From: Deferrisomatales bacterium
Lineage (GTDB): Bacteria > Desulfobacterota > Deferrisomatia > Deferrisomatales > JACRMM01
Reading direction: 5' to 3'
Assembly (NCBI GenBank): GCA_033551855.1
Contig: JAWSUI010000032.1
Coordinates: forward strand, 1 to 45,069
DNA: 45,069 nt
The notes beneath the pieces were generated by a model. That model was given only the letters and a program-made list of their open reading frames with translations, had not been told where the DNA came from and did not search any database. The position numbers and the translations under genes are program-made. Below are positions 29,828 through 38,811 of this stretch, in pieces (within the stretch, counting starts at the first letter, position 1; each line of letters starts with the position of its first letter).

Positions 29828-30050
29828 GCCGGAACACCGTGGGTACTCCCCGACTACCGTATCCCAATCCCGAGCTCGGTCCTCTCCGACGGGGGCAGAG
29901 GGGAAAAGACCACGGGATCGCCTTTGCCCCCGGAGGGATCTCAGGGCCAGTCTGCGTTGGGCACCCGACCCATTACAGAGGTCGCCGACGAGTGCCTCGT
30001 CCTCGAGTACCCCGCCTGAGACTTTAAGACCGTCCCTCAATCTCTAAGTC

Positions 30051-30073
30051 GTGTTCCAACCCCCGCGTTTTAT
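30051..30073 (+). repeat. 23-bp direct repeat, copy 2 (upstream of trhF-traF-traH-traG)
   Basis: GTGTTCCAACCCCCGCGTTTTAT, followed like copy 1 by ..TGAGG. Confidence 0.85.
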
Positions 30074-30114
30074 CTGGGTGAGGAGAGAGCCTTCGCCCCG
30101 ACCCCTACGGAGGG

Positions 30115-30672
30115 ATGCGCGTGGAGAGATGGCGGAGATTTGCCCGCAGGTTTCGCAATCTGCTCCAACCGACGAAAACGTGGTCTTGCCCCAAGTCCCG
30201 ACGCCGGCTCTGGCAAGCGCTCGTCTTAGGGGGTGTAGGCCTTCCCATCGTCCTTTGGCTACCGCCCCACCTCTGCGTGACGACAACCGACTCGCTGCGT
30301 TCGCGGGTCTTCTTCCTGCAGGACGTCGGTGCTGCCGGGGAGATCGGGCGTGGCGACTACGTTCGGTTCGAGCGGGTCCACCCGTGGAGCGGCAGTTCCG
30401 GGCCGGTGGGCCTGCTCAAGGAGGTCGGCTGCGGGCCGGGGGACCGGCTCCGGGTCGACACCGTGGGGGATGTCTACTGCGATGACGAATGCATCGGCCG
30501 CGCCCTGTCTGAGGACTCGAAAGGGAACCAGCTCCCGCTCTTCCGGTTCGACGGCGTGGTTCCGGAGGGAAAGCTCTTCGTGGTCGGTCACCACCCAAGG
30601 AGCTGGGACTCGCGGTACTTCGGCTTCGTGGACGTGGAGGAGGTGCTGAACCGTGCGTATCCGATCTTCTGA
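30115..30672 (+). CDS. trhF: Conjugative S26 signal peptidase (TrhF-like)
   Basis: TM segment, TTDSL (Ser), LLKEVGCGPGD (Lys), SWDSRYFGFV. Confidence 0.85.
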   Translation: MRVERWRRFARRFRNLLQPTKTWSCPKSRRRLWQALVLGGVGLPIVLWLPPHLCVTTTDSLRSRVFFLQDVGAAGEIGRGDYVRFERVHPWSGSSGPVGLLKEVGCGPGDRLRVDTVGDVYCDDECIGRALSEDSKGNQLPLFRFDGVVPEGKLFVVGHHPRSWDSRYFGFVDVEEVLNRAYPIF

Positions 30673-31576
30673 CTGGGGGCGACTGACCTTCGGGCTGCTC
30701 GTCCTGGGTAGCGGCCTGGCCTTGGCTGCCCGGGACGGCCGGTGCCAGGAACCCGCTGGGGAGCCCTCCTATTACGGGAGCCGACAGCAAGGGTGGTTCT
30801 GGTACCAGGACCCCGCGGAGCCACGGGACCCAACGGAAGATCCTCGCCCCGACGCCTCAGTCTCGCCGTCCCTGGACACTTATGCGCCCGAAGAGCTCTG
30901 GACCCTGCACCCGGATGAGTTCCGGGCCCTCCTGGATGCGGTTTTCAAGGGCGCCCTGCAGCAGCCCACCGAGGAGAACGTCCTGGCGTACAAGCGGCTG
31001 GAGACCATAGCTCGGCTCCGGGCGGCCCGCTTCGCTAGCGTGGCGTCGCTGGTGAGCCTCAAGCACCCCGAGGTCTCCACCCTCCGGGACGCGCCCAGCG
31101 TGAACCCGGGCATGCGGGCACGGCGGCAGGTGGAAGGGGCGGAGATCGACGGGACCCTGTCCGGCGCCCAGGAGGACTTCGCGCTCCTCTACTTCACCTC
31201 GCCGGGCTGTCCCTTCTGCGTGGAGCAGGACGGCATCCTCCGCTACTTCACCGCGAAGCACGGCTGGGAGATCAAGCGGATCGACGTGGCCCGCGAACCC
31301 CAGGCCGCGGAGGTGTTCAGGGTCTCCACCACGCCGACCGTCGTCCTCATCCAGCGGGGCTCCGATGCAGCCCTCCCGGTTGGGGTGGGCGTCGTCGGGC
31401 TCTCCACCCTGGAGCGAAACGTCTTCCGGGGGGTCCGGCTACTGACGGGCACGGTCACCGAGGAAGACCTGTGGCTCTTCGACTACCAACGGGGTGGCGG
31501 CTTCGACCCGGCGGCGGTGTCGAGCAGCGTGCCTCCACGAATTCGCTCTGGAGCCCCAAGCCGACCAGCTGACTAG
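30653..31576 (+). CDS. traF: F-type pilus assembly thioredoxin-like protein TraF
   Basis: Signal peptide, GWFWYQDP, LLYFTSPGCPFC. Confidence 0.88.
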   Translation: MRIRSSDWGRLTFGLLVLGSGLALAARDGRCQEPAGEPSYYGSRQQGWFWYQDPAEPRDPTEDPRPDASVSPSLDTYAPEELWTLHPDEFRALLDAVFKGALQQPTEENVLAYKRLETIARLRAARFASVASLVSLKHPEVSTLRDAPSVNPGMRARRQVEGAEIDGTLSGAQEDFALLYFTSPGCPFCVEQDGILRYFTAKHGWEIKRIDVAREPQAAEVFRVSTTPTVVLIQRGSDAALPVGVGVVGLSTLERNVFRGVRLLTGTVTEEDLWLFDYQRGGGFDPAAVSSSVPPRIRSGAPSRPAD

Positions 31577-31623
31577 CTGTCCAGCCGCCCAGCGGGAACC
31601 GGGCGAGCAAGAGGAGTATTCCG

Positions 31624-33072
31624 ATGCTGCAACGCTTCTTGTCGGCCGCTCTTGCCTGCAGCCTGGCTGCCGCCCCGGCTCCCACCTTGGCTGGCTGGGT
31701 CGACGACTGGCTCACCTCCAGGATCGAGTCCTCCCCGGGCTACTTCGCGGGTCAGACCCGCGGCTACTACACCGTGGGCTCCTTCTCGGCCCGGTGGCCG
31801 AGCACGGCGGACTACCCGGTGACCGTGGAGCTCCCCCGGTTTCGGGTCGGCTGCGGGGGGATCGACGTCTTCATGGGCGGGTTCTCCTTCCTCGACTTCG
31901 ACTACCTGGTCACGAAGCTCCAGAACATCCTCTCCTCGGCGCCGGCTGCCGCCTTCGACCTGGCGCTCCAGGCCCTGAGCCCCCAGGCGGCCCAGACGGT
32001 GAAGGACCTGGAGGCCCTGGCCGATCGGCTGAACGCAATCCAGCTCGACGACTGCAAGACCGCCCAGACGCTGGTGACCGTGGGGAGCGAGGCCCTCCAA
32101 GGCCACGAGCGGGGGGTCACCAACGCGGTGCAACAGTACCTGACCGAGTCTGGCATGGCCGATTTCTACCAGAAGACCAAGGAGGTGATCGCTGACGGGA
32201 GCGGCCGGATGAGCGGTGGAGCTCCGGAGACCGACGCCGCGGTGGCGGGCATCCAGGAGGGCTGCCCCGACGCGCTCAAGGAGATCCTCCGGGACGGCTC
32301 GGTGCTCCAGGTCCTCGGGGTGGACGGCCTGGGGCTCGACTCCGACTTCGTGGCCCTGGTGCGCGGGTTCGTGGGGGACATCCAGGTCCGGGGAGCCGGA
32401 GGCGGCTACCTTGTCTCGGCCGAGCCTCCGTGCCCTCAGAACGACGGGCGACGGCTGGACGCGGTGGTCGAAGGTGCCGCCTGGCAGATGAACCAGACGT
32501 TTGTCTGCTCCGCCATCACCGACGCCAACGCGAACCTCCGAGACTACGTCCACGCCCAGATGCAGGACGTGGCCGGTGCCATCCGGGTCAAGGCGCCCCT
32601 CACTGCCGGCCAACAGGCCTTCATCAACCAGTCGCCGCTCCCGCTCCTCCACGTCCTCAAGGCGGCGGTGGGCACGGGGCAGGAGGCGCCGGTGATCGCG
32701 AGCCTCGCCGACCTCGCAGCCAAGGCCTACGCCCTCCAGCTCCTGGTGGACCTCTACCGCCGGGGGGAGATCATCCTGGACACGGTCACCGAGCTCATCG
32801 AGAAGCAGCGGGGCCCGGTGGCCGGGGAGCCTCCCCACCGCTGCGCGGTCCAATTCGTGAGCGAGCGGGTGGCCGGGGACATCGACCTCCTGCGCCGACG
32901 CATCCGGGACCAGTACGAGGGCCTCCAGCGCTCCTACGCCGCCGCGGCCCAAGAGCTCGAGGCCATCTACCGGGTGGTGGAGCACCTCCGAGGGATGGAG
33001 GACCAGCTCCGGGGGGAGGCCTCCTCCCGGGTGGGCCGTGCGACGGCGGCCCGGACCCAGTCGCCAAAGTGA
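31624..33072 (+). CDS. traH: F-type pilus assembly protein TraH
   Basis: Signal peptide, PGYFAGQTRGYYT.GS, GCGGIDVFMGGFSF, C-terminal coiled coil. Confidence 0.92.
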   Translation: MLQRFLSAALACSLAAAPAPTLAGWVDDWLTSRIESSPGYFAGQTRGYYTVGSFSARWPSTADYPVTVELPRFRVGCGGIDVFMGGFSFLDFDYLVTKLQNILSSAPAAAFDLALQALSPQAAQTVKDLEALADRLNAIQLDDCKTAQTLVTVGSEALQGHERGVTNAVQQYLTESGMADFYQKTKEVIADGSGRMSGGAPETDAAVAGIQEGCPDALKEILRDGSVLQVLGVDGLGLDSDFVALVRGFVGDIQVRGAGGGYLVSAEPPCPQNDGRRLDAVVEGAAWQMNQTFVCSAITDANANLRDYVHAQMQDVAGAIRVKAPLTAGQQAFINQSPLPLLHVLKAAVGTGQEAPVIASLADLAAKAYALQLLVDLYRRGEIILDTVTELIEKQRGPVAGEPPHRCAVQFVSERVAGDIDLLRRRIRDQYEGLQRSYAAAAQELEAIYRVVEHLRGMEDQLRGEASSRVGRATAARTQSPK

Positions 33073-33116
33073 CGGGGGTTTCTGGACAGGATGGCAGCCC
33101 AACGGGGGAAAGAGTT

Positions 33117-33295
33117 TCTTGGACAGGATGACAGGATTTTCAGGATTGTTTTGGGGACTGCACGAAGGCTACTCGGGAGGGGCAAGCGTGAACACGGGCA
33201 TTCCAGCTGCTCTCGGGGCCAGCGACCATCGGACAGGCGGGGGCGTGCCTTCCCAAAAACACAAACATCCGGTCCATCCTGTCATCCTGTCAAGA
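33117..33295. repeat. Small inverted-repeat (MITE/REP-like) element between traH and traG
   Basis: Perfect 16-bp IR: GACAGGATGACAGGAT (33122-33137) and ATCCTGTCATCCTGTC (33276-33291), extending imperfectly. Extra partial copy at 33081-33093. Confidence 0.7.
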
Positions 33296-36200
33296 GGCCT
33301 CTCGCTTGGTCTTGCCTTCCTCTTCGTCCTCCTCCTTGCCGACACCGCCCTGGCCGTGGACCTGGAGTATTACACGTACAACGGGTTCGAGGCGGTGACC
33401 CTGGCGTTTCGCCGGATCGCGCTGATCTTCGGCGCCCGTGACTTCACGAAGCTCTTCGCGATCGTCTGCGGCGCGGGGATCGTCTTCGCCGGGGTGGCCC
33501 ACTACGCCCGGGCCTTCGTCGGCTTCCACGCCTCCCCCTTCGCCTGGGCCGGTCCGATCCTCGTCGGGGTGGCGCTCTACCTCGGCCTCTTCGTCTCCAC
33601 GGGGTCCCTCACGGTCTACGACCCGGTGAAGAACCGGTTCGACCGGATCGACGGCATCCCGGATGCGATCGTGCTCACGGCCGGGGCGCTGAACAAGGTG
33701 GAGCGCATCCTGGTGGATGTGGTGGATGCCACCGCTCCCGCCGGGGTGGGCTACAAGGACGGAGTCGGAGGGCTCGGGTTCTACGGGGTGCAGGAGACCC
33801 TCCAGCGGGGGGTGAAGGACACCTACCTCACCCAGAACCTGGGTGAGTACGTGGAGAAGTGCCTCTCCTTCGAGCTCGTCCGTCCCGGGACCACGCTGCG
33901 GATCGAGGACCTGGTCAACAACACCACCGACTTCCTGCCCCAGCTCGCCGAGGCGGCGAGCCCTTCGGTCTACTGCCTCCACTTCGACGCCGCGACCCCG
34001 AACGGCACGGCGCTCACCTGCGCCGACGCCTGGACGGAGCTTCGGGCCTGGTTCGCGGACCTGGGGAACTACGCCGAGGACATCCGGCGGGCGGCGGCCA
34101 ACGCCGGCTTCGACCCGACGAGCGCGGCCGAGCTCGCCCGGTACCGGTCTCTCGTCACCAACACCCTGGCCGAGTATGCGGCCCTGGCCGGGATCACCCC
34201 GGAGCGGGTCGCCCAGCAGGGGACCATCGCCCGGCAGCTCTTCGAGTTCGTGAAGGAGGGAGCACCCTCGGTGGCGGTCTCCATCCAGGCGAACAAGAAC
34301 CTGGGGAGCTCCCTCTTCGGGGTCGGAGTGGTAGCCAACGAGTGGATCCCGGTGGTGCGGGCGGTGATGACCTCGGTGGTGGTGGGTATGCTCCCCTTCC
34401 TGGCGCTCTTTCTCCCTTCCCCCTTCTTCAAACGGGTGCTCTCGCTCTTCCTCGGGCTCTTCGTCTTCCTCGCCGCCTGGGGCGTGACCGACGCCGTGGC
34501 CCACAGCTTCGCCCTCGAGTACGCCGACCAGTACTTCGAGATGGTCCGCCAGAGCGGCCTCGGGCTCGCCACCTGGCTCAACTTCCCGGACGTCACCACC
34601 AAGACGCTCGCCCTCTACGGCCTCATCCGCATGACCGGCGCGGTCCTCGCCTCGGTGATCGCGAGCACTCTCGTCGGCTTCGGGGGCCACGCCCTGGCCA
34701 CGCTCGCCTCCCACCTGATCCAGCCGGTCCAGCACCAGGGAGCCTCAGCCGGCCAGGCCGCCCTCACCCCGGAGGGCCGGGCCCACACCCTGGACACGGT
34801 GGGCCACGCCGCCGTCGCGAGTCGGGCTTGGGACAATGGAGGAAAGCACACCTTCACCAACGTCGTGGGCTCCGGGGTCAACGCCCGCTTCTCCGGTCTG
34901 GGATCGAACCTGGGGTACGACGGGCCCGAGGACGCCTTCGCGACCTCCTTCACCGGGACGCGCATGCACGCGGGGACGGTGGGGGGGCGGGCGGCCGGGT
35001 TCGGGAACACAGGGTACGAGGTCCGCGCCGGTAGCCGTCACGTGGCCCAGGGCTCCACGATCGAGGGAGTGGCCCACCATGAAGCCCGGAACGTGGAGGG
35101 ACCCCTCCACGGCGGCCGGGTCGAGCTGGAGCGCTCGGGCGCGACGATCGGCGCCGCCCGGCTCGGGGGAGAGATCCGCGGGGTCCAGGCGGCCGGCGGA
35201 CCGGACCGATACCGGGACGCCAAGGCCAAAGCCGCGGCCTCGTCCACTGCTCATGAGGGCACCCTTGGTCTCACCCCCGCGGATGCGGCGGAGCGGGCCC
35301 GCCGGAAGGGCGAGACCGCGTACGAAGGCGACGTGTCCGACTTCGCCTGGAGGGACAGCCGGGACGTCTCCGATCGGGAGTTCGGCCGGCGAACGGGACG
35401 GCTGGCGGCCCAGCGCTCCTTCTACGGCGCCAAGGCCGTGCCGCGGACCGCGGGGGAGCTGGGACTCACCGACGACGAACTCGTGGAGCGCAGCGCCGGC
35501 GCCGGTGCGGCCCGGCAGGCCGGCGACGCCCTGACCCATCGGAAGTGGGGGCCAGACCGGATCGCCGCTGCCCAGCTCTTCGGGAACCAGCAGAACATCC
35601 TCCAGGAAGGCGAGAAGCGGGCCATGGCCGACCGGCTCGGCGTCCCCCTGGAGGAGCTCCAGGCCATGGGCTACCGGCTCGGGCACGGCGCCCTGACGCC
35701 CGAGATGGCCGCTGCCTTCAACGAGATGCTCGGCGCCCAGGGCCGAAGCCAGCAGGTGGCCGCCGGCGAGAGCGCGAGTTGGGTCCTCGACAGGAACTAC
35801 GACCTGGCGTTCCTGGAGACCACTCGCGGAGTCAGTACCTCCGAAGTGGACGCCGCCCGGACGCGGAAGGGCGCGGACCACGTAGAGGGGGACCACTTCC
35901 GGATCGGCGACTCGGCCCGGGTGGGGGGCGAGTACGTGGAAGGAGACGTGTTCCAGAAAGGCGATCGATCGGAGCTTGGCGATTTCCGCCGGGAGCAGGA
36001 CTACCGGGAGGTCACGGACCTCGACGGCCACCGGGTCGAGTACCGCCACCCGCGAACCGGCGACCTCATGGCCGGGCACCGGGAGCGGATCGTCACCGAG
36101 ACCACGGGAGACCCTCTGGCCGGCGTCACCACAGTTCAGCGCACCCCGATCACCCAGTTCGAACTCTTCCGCCAGAGCCGCATCGGCACCGTCTCCGACG

Positions 36201-36508
36201 ACTTCGACAACCGGCACACCTTCCACGCAGGCGTGACCCACGAAGGGTCGCTGACTACGGGAAACATCGACAAGTGGTGGGGAAGGGACGCGGCCACGTT
36301 CTTCTCGATCCTGGGGAAGTCGACGGATGAAACGCTGGGGATGATGGGGAAGGTCACCCTGGGAGGCCGCCTGGGACCGCAGGGAACGGGCCGCTTCCTC
36401 GGTCGCTCCCCGGCCTCCATCGGCGGTGGCTCACCGGGTGCACCTTCGTTCAGTCCCGCCGACCTGCCCATCCGGGGCGGCCTACCGCCTGGCCTTGGAA
36501 CACCGTAA
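33188..36508 (+). CDS. traG: F-type mating-pair stabilisation protein TraG (start uncertain)
   Basis: Signal-like segment, then EYYTYNGF..., multiple TM helices and a low-complexity C-terminal half. Follows traH. GTG 33188 has a GGGAGG RBS. Confidence 0.88.
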   Translation: MNTGIPAALGASDHRTGGGVPSQKHKHPVHPVILSRGLSLGLAFLFVLLLADTALAVDLEYYTYNGFEAVTLAFRRIALIFGARDFTKLFAIVCGAGIVFAGVAHYARAFVGFHASPFAWAGPILVGVALYLGLFVSTGSLTVYDPVKNRFDRIDGIPDAIVLTAGALNKVERILVDVVDATAPAGVGYKDGVGGLGFYGVQETLQRGVKDTYLTQNLGEYVEKCLSFELVRPGTTLRIEDLVNNTTDFLPQLAEAASPSVYCLHFDAATPNGTALTCADAWTELRAWFADLGNYAEDIRRAAANAGFDPTSAAELARYRSLVTNTLAEYAALAGITPERVAQQGTIARQLFEFVKEGAPSVAVSIQANKNLGSSLFGVGVVANEWIPVVRAVMTSVVVGMLPFLALFLPSPFFKRVLSLFLGLFVFLAAWGVTDAVAHSFALEYADQYFEMVRQSGLGLATWLNFPDVTTKTLALYGLIRMTGAVLASVIASTLVGFGGHALATLASHLIQPVQHQGASAGQAALTPEGRAHTLDTVGHAAVASRAWDNGGKHTFTNVVGSGVNARFSGLGSNLGYDGPEDAFATSFTGTRMHAGTVGGRAAGFGNTGYEVRAGSRHVAQGSTIEGVAHHEARNVEGPLHGGRVELERSGATIGAARLGGEIRGVQAAGGPDRYRDAKAKAAASSTAHEGTLGLTPADAAERARRKGETAYEGDVSDFAWRDSRDVSDREFGRRTGRLAAQRSFYGAKAVPRTAGELGLTDDELVERSAGAGAARQAGDALTHRKWGPDRIAAAQLFGNQQNILQEGEKRAMADRLGVPLEELQAMGYRLGHGALTPEMAAAFNEMLGAQGRSQQVAAGESASWVLDRNYDLAFLETTRGVSTSEVDAARTRKGADHVEGDHFRIGDSARVGGEYVEGDVFQKGDRSELGDFRREQDYREVTDLDGHRVEYRHPRTGDLMAGHRERIVTETTGDPLAGVTTVQRTPITQFELFRQSRIGTVSDDFDNRHTFHAGVTHEGSLTTGNIDKWWGRDAATFFSILGKSTDETLGMMGKVTLGGRLGPQGTGRFLGRSPASIGGGSPGAPSFSPADLPIRGGLPPGLGTP

Positions 36509-36525
36509 CCTGAGGAGGATCTACA

Positions 36526-36939
36526 ATGGGCCCCAAGCGGACCGACCGCGAGCCTTGCCTTCAGCTCGCACACAACGCGCTTCTCGTGGAGACCGGGTTC
36601 CAGGTCTTCGTGAGTGGAGATCCGGAGGCCTTCCGGAGGGAGTACAGGAAGCTCCAGGAGGAGGACATCGAGATCTACGTCTTCCCCCCGGGGAGCTGCT
36701 ACTACCTTGGCGTAAAGGACAGCCTCATCATCGAGATCCCGGAGGACGCCTTCGGCCACCTGGTCGCGACCGGGACCGTGATCGTCTGCGTCGACGATCC
36801 CGGTGCGTACCGCATGACCCACGCCTTCACCCTCCACCTTCCGAAAGACAAGCTCCTGGAGGCGAAAGGGGCGTACGCTGCCCACTCCGACGGGTTCGGA
36901 CCGCGCAGGAGCGCGCCGGAGACGGCAGAGCAGGCCTGA
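36526..36939 (+). CDS. Hypothetical protein downstream of traG
   Basis: GAGGAGG RBS, ATG, GC3-rich codons. Confidence 0.7.
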   Translation: MGPKRTDREPCLQLAHNALLVETGFQVFVSGDPEAFRREYRKLQEEDIEIYVFPPGSCYYLGVKDSLIIEIPEDAFGHLVATGTVIVCVDDPGAYRMTHAFTLHLPKDKLLEAKGAYAAHSDGFGPRRSAPETAEQA

Positions 36940-36948
36940 GGCTGGGGC

Positions 36949-37200
36949 TTATCCCCACCTGTGCCAGATGTTGCCTTCCCAGTGCTTCCAGACGGGGTGG
37001 CTCACCATGTCAAGGGAGTCGTCCTGAGAGGGGCAACGCCGGGTGCGCTCCACGAAGACGGACCAGAGGAGCAACGCAGCAATTCCGCCGAAACCGATCC
37101 CCCCCGCGAGGCCGGCGAAGTAGAAACCGGCCGCCACGATGGCCGCGATGATGCCGAACAGGATCCTCTTCAGGACTCGTTCAGTCTTTCGGCTCATCAT
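36949..37200 (-). CDS. Small two-TM membrane protein, candidate entry-exclusion factor
   Basis: Two hydrophobic segments, tail HPVWKHWEGNIWH, convergent with traG. Confidence 0.5.
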   Translation of the reverse strand: MMSRKTERVLKRILFGIIAAIVAAGFYFAGLAGGIGFGGIAALLLWSVFVERTRRCPSQDDSLDMVSHPVWKHWEGNIWHRWG

Positions 37201-37271
37201 CTCTTTCCCCCTTTCCTCTCGGCGAAGACAACCTCACCTGGCGAGCGAGTATGTCATGAAAAAACGGCAGT

Positions 37272-37564
37272 TCAACCCGTCGGTTCCTTCGGGAGTTGCG
37301 CGCTGTGCCACACGGCGACGATCCACACGGTCTCACCTTTGACGCGGTAGAAGAACCGGTACGGTGAGCCGATCACCTCCCGTTACGGAAGATCCGGGAA
37401 CTCGGGAAGCGTTCGCCCGGACTCCGGGAACGTCTCGAGTCTCCGCAACACCTCCTCAGACTTCTGGCGAATCCGCCTGGCCGGCCGCGGCGGGATCGTC
37501 CCGCCGAATGTAGTCCAGTGCAGAGAGGAACTGCGCACGAGCCGACGGTGTGCCGGACCTTCAC
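37272..37564 (-). pseudogene. RelE/ParE-family toxin pseudogene
   Basis: Reconstructs as VKVR-TPSARAQFLSALDYIRRDDPAAA-RRIRQKSEEVLRRLETFPESGRTLPEFPDLP*REVIGSPYRFFYRVKGETVWIVAVWHSAQLP, with two frameshifts and TAA at 37383-37385. Confidence 0.8.
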
Positions 37565-37830
37565 GGCTCTCGTTCGAGCAGGGCGTCTGCTTCCCCGAGA
37601 ACGTCCTCCAAGTCATGCCCTCGGCCCTCTGCAATCTCCTTCTCGCCCCGGGCCAGCAGCCGCAGTAGCTCCCGCTCGTGCTCGACCCGCTCGAAGACCT
37701 CGACGCTGAGCATCACGGCAGTTGCCCCGCCATAGCAGTTGCCCTGCCTCGCTGCGTGATCACAATCGGCCCGCCTGTGGCCCGAAGTCCCTCAAGCACC
37801 TCTGCGGCATTGTGCCGCAGGTCCGCCAGA
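37561..37830 (-). pseudogene. Phd/YefM-family antitoxin pseudogene
   Basis: DLRHNAAEVL...PIVITQRGRATA/VMLSVEVFER..., broken by a 17-nt insertion duplicating GGGCAACTGC. GTGA overlap with the toxin. No start codon found. Confidence 0.8.
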
Positions 37831-37946
37831 TCTGTCGAAAAGCCCGTCGGCCGGGCCCACTGGGCCTCGCTCCACTGGGTTCGTTGTCGTTGTCGACGTT
37901 GTCGACAGAGAGAATGCCCAGGGGGATCGTACCGTCGTCCTGCTCC

Positions 37947-38180
37947 CTACCGTTTTCCGATTCCGTACGTTGGGGTGTTGCGGTGGCATGTCTGGCACAT
38001 GGCCACTACATTGCTCAGCGTGTAGCTACCGCCCGCCGTAACGCGGTGCAACTCCCACTCCCCCCTCAGCATGGCGCTACATCGCCCCGTGTGGCCGCAC
38101 CCCCTTATCGTGCACTCGCACTTTCCGCTTGCCCGCCGAAACGCCTAGTCTCTCAGATCTTGCGTCGGATTGGCTGCCAT
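37947..38180 (-). pseudogene. Minimal HNH/zinc-finger endonuclease gene with in-frame TAG at codon 12 (absent from the ORF track)
   Basis: AAGGAGG RBS; MAANPTQDLRD*AFRRASGKCECTIRGCGHTGRCSAMLRGEWELHRVTAGGSYTLSNVVAMCQTCHRNTPTYGIGKR. Confidence 0.75.
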
Positions 38181-38437
38181 CGGCTGGTCCTCCTTTTGCT
38201 TGAGCTTCTACATCAACCACTTCGTTCGTGAATCGCCTGGAACTGCTTCTTCCCCCCCCCCGGCCCCTGGGATCGTCGGTGACCTGTGGGCTCTGCTCGT
38301 TAGGACAGGGGACCGACCGGGGGTTGGCCCGGGTCGTCACCTCGACGGACGACACCCAGCAGGGCGGCGCTGCGTGGAGCAGGGCCAAAAGGACAGCGGC
38401 GACGAGAGGCGGATAGCGGCGCATCGTGGGGCTGGCC

Positions 38438-38746
38438 CTAGACGAGGATCCTCGCCAGGGACTCTACCCGTTTGGCGATCCTCACCGCGGCCCCTCCCAA
38501 CTCCTCTATCCGAGACTTCAGCGTCGCCTGGCTGAGATTCGTATCCCGGGCCTCCGTGACCACGGCGACCAGCGCGTCATAGGCCTCCTTCTCGGACACC
38601 TTCGGGGTGATCCGCTCAAGGTCCGCCAACGCGAGGCCAGTGAGCCGCCGGATCTCCTCCTCATGCTGCACGTCGAAGGCCTCTTCGCCCTTCTTCAAGT
38701 CTCCGCGAAGGTCTTTGCGCCACTTGTCGATATCGATCTTGCTCAT
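38438..38746 (-). CDS. Hypothetical helical protein (102 aa)
   Basis: GAGGAG RBS, ATG, amphipathic helical sequence. Follows the lipoprotein gene. Confidence 0.8.
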   Translation of the reverse strand: MSKIDIDKWRKDLRGDLKKGEEAFDVQHEEEIRRLTGLALADLERITPKVSEKEAYDALVAVVTEARDTNLSQATLKSRIEELGGAAVRIAKRVESLARILV

Positions 38747-38811
38747 GGGATGCTCCTCTGGGCTCGTGTCCAGTACGATGCTCGAAACTTCTGGTAGCCA
38801 ACGACGGGCGG

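Noticed and set aside
29880..29940. Imperfect GC-rich hairpin as an ncRNA
   Set aside because: Expected by chance at this GC content; no family features.
5281..36241. Many long overlapping ORFs (e.g. 5556-7427, 6763-8946, 10523-12124, 16800-18830, 31573-33102, 34745-36241)
   Set aside because: Alternate-frame or antisense shadows of high-GC genes; low-complexity translations with no recognisable motifs.
38252..38261. C10 tract as a phase-variable switch fusing the upstream ORF to the HNH gene
   Set aside because: A stop codon lies in the HNH frame between the tract and ATG 38180, so slippage cannot fuse them.
38077..38424. 115-aa ORF with a signal-peptide-like start
   Set aside because: Degrades into low-complexity sequence and overlaps the better-supported HNH frame; at most a remnant.
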